This document shows positions 63,148 to 64,000 of a stretch of 64,000 nt of DNA, piece after piece. The position numbers and the translations under genes are program-made. The DNA comes from Microcoleus sp. (lineage in GTDB: Bacteria; Cyanobacteriota; Cyanobacteriia; Cyanobacteriales; Microcoleaceae). The DNA lies in assembly GCA_042408215.1 (NCBI GenBank), contig JAYFMW010000017.1:512001-576000 (forward strand), written 5' to 3'. The notes beneath the pieces are model-generated. The model was not told the DNA's origin. It was given only the letters and a program-made list of their open reading frames with translations, and did no database searches. The stretch's first letter is position 1, and each line of letters opens with the position of its first letter.

Positions 63148-64000
63148 TTATGCTGCATACGAATAACCATCTTTTCTGTGAATAAGTGAACAATATTTTT
63201 GACTAACTCCCGACACCAATTCGGATGCGGAAATATTGAATGAACCACTCGTTCTTACGGCAACACGTCCAACGTATTTACCAATTTTCTTGCCGGAGGT
63301 TACAATCGCTTTAACGATATCTCCCGTTTGAAAACCTTTGACAAATTTAAACCTGGGGACATAGCGAGATGGAAATCCAAACTTATCGGTACGACACATT
63401 TGACCTGTCCCATGCCCAGTCGCTTTAATTAACAATGGCTTGTTTGTCAAGATTTCCAACGAATCAACGTTCCCAACACAAGCTGCATCTAACCAGTGAG
63501 TTTTAGCTAAATTCAATCGAGTGCGGTTGAACTTTGTTAGACCACCACTGCCAGTAGAAACTGGTAAGCCAGTCATGCGGAGTCCATTAAATAATGCCCA
63601 ACGAGTCGAATTAACTGCTGCTGCATCTTTTAACGGACGATGAGCTTGAGATAGAATCTGCTTCAAAATCTCTGGATTTTTAGAGAGGAATTGCTCAATA
63701 CCTTGAGTTCCTTTCTTTTTATTGCATCTTTCACAAGCAAGGCAAAGATTAGAAATGCGATTAGAACCACCCTTAGCTTTAGGATGAATATGTTCGACTT
63801 GTAATGGTGTATTTGTAACACCACAGTAAGCACACTTTCTATCCCACTTGTTGAGCAAGTATTCCCGAACCTCATAGCCACACAAAACGCCTTGCTGGTA
63901 CTCGATTCCCGAAATTTCTGGGTTTTCTACTTGTTGTAAGTCGAACCGTACAAGTTCTTGAACAATAGAGGCAATGGGGGAAAGTTTCATCAATCTAGTC
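63148..64000 (-). CDS. iscB: IscB RNA-guided HNH/RuvC endonuclease (5' end lies outside the window)
   Basis: ELVRFD, EYQQG, CAYCG...EHIHP..GGSNR..NL...C..CN (HNH), HWLDAAC and FQTGDIV. Confidence 0.93.
   Translation of the reverse strand, partial: TRLMKLSPIASIVQELVRFDLQQVENPEISGIEYQQGVLCGYEVREYLLNKWDRKCAYCGVTNTPLQVEHIHPKAKGGSNRISNLCLACERCNKKKGTQGIEQFLSKNPEILKQILSQAHRPLKDAAAVNSTRWALFNGLRMTGLPVSTGSGGLTKFNRTRLNLAKTHWLDAACVGNVDSLEILTNKPLLIKATGHGTGQMCRTDKFGFPSRYVPRFKFVKGFQTGDIVKAIVTSGKKIGKYVGRVAVRTSGSFNISASELVSGVSQKYCSLIHRKDGYSYAA

Noticed and set aside
63076..63193. N-terminus of the 311-aa tnpB ORF
   Set aside because: It derives from the iscB 3' end and element terminus, not from tnpB.
1..64000. 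Reverse transcriptase, DGR, group II intron or cas genes
   Set aside because: No RT or Cas motifs and no template/variable repeat pair were recognised in the ORF track.

Overview
Chromosomal window from a filamentous cyanobacterium (Oscillatoriales/Microcoleus-like). The evidence is abundant HIP1 GCGATCGC octamers, heptamer STRR arrays and cyanobacteria-specific genes (rpaB, ldpA, CCB, cyanoexosortase A). The core content is ferredoxin-DUF3326-CPBP, radA/rpaB/CCB, crtA-associated genes, rfbB, alr, a patatin, tRNA-Ser(GCT), an iscS-like desulfurase, ldpA, a Ycf45-like ATPase and a CheR-CheW-MCP-MCP-CheA-CheB/CheY cluster. The accessory content is: (i) a 0.6-7.3 kb island with three ~270-bp HIP1-delimited cassettes, each pairing an XRE/Cro HTH gene with a sigma70-like promoter and a different palindrome, followed by a 132-bp tandem amplification and a MITE-flanked, frameshifted Type ISP-like R-M gene; (ii) a stand-alone IscB-type omega(HEARO)-RNA mini-element inserted exactly before the hpsJ start codon; (iii) a decayed integrative element at tRNA-Ser; (iv) a PEP-CTERM gene split by a single amber codon; (v) a three-layer nest of RNA-guided transposons (IscB in TnpB in TnpB) at the right edge. 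All calls come from reading the sequence; no searches were run, and single-base frameshifts could be assembly errors.
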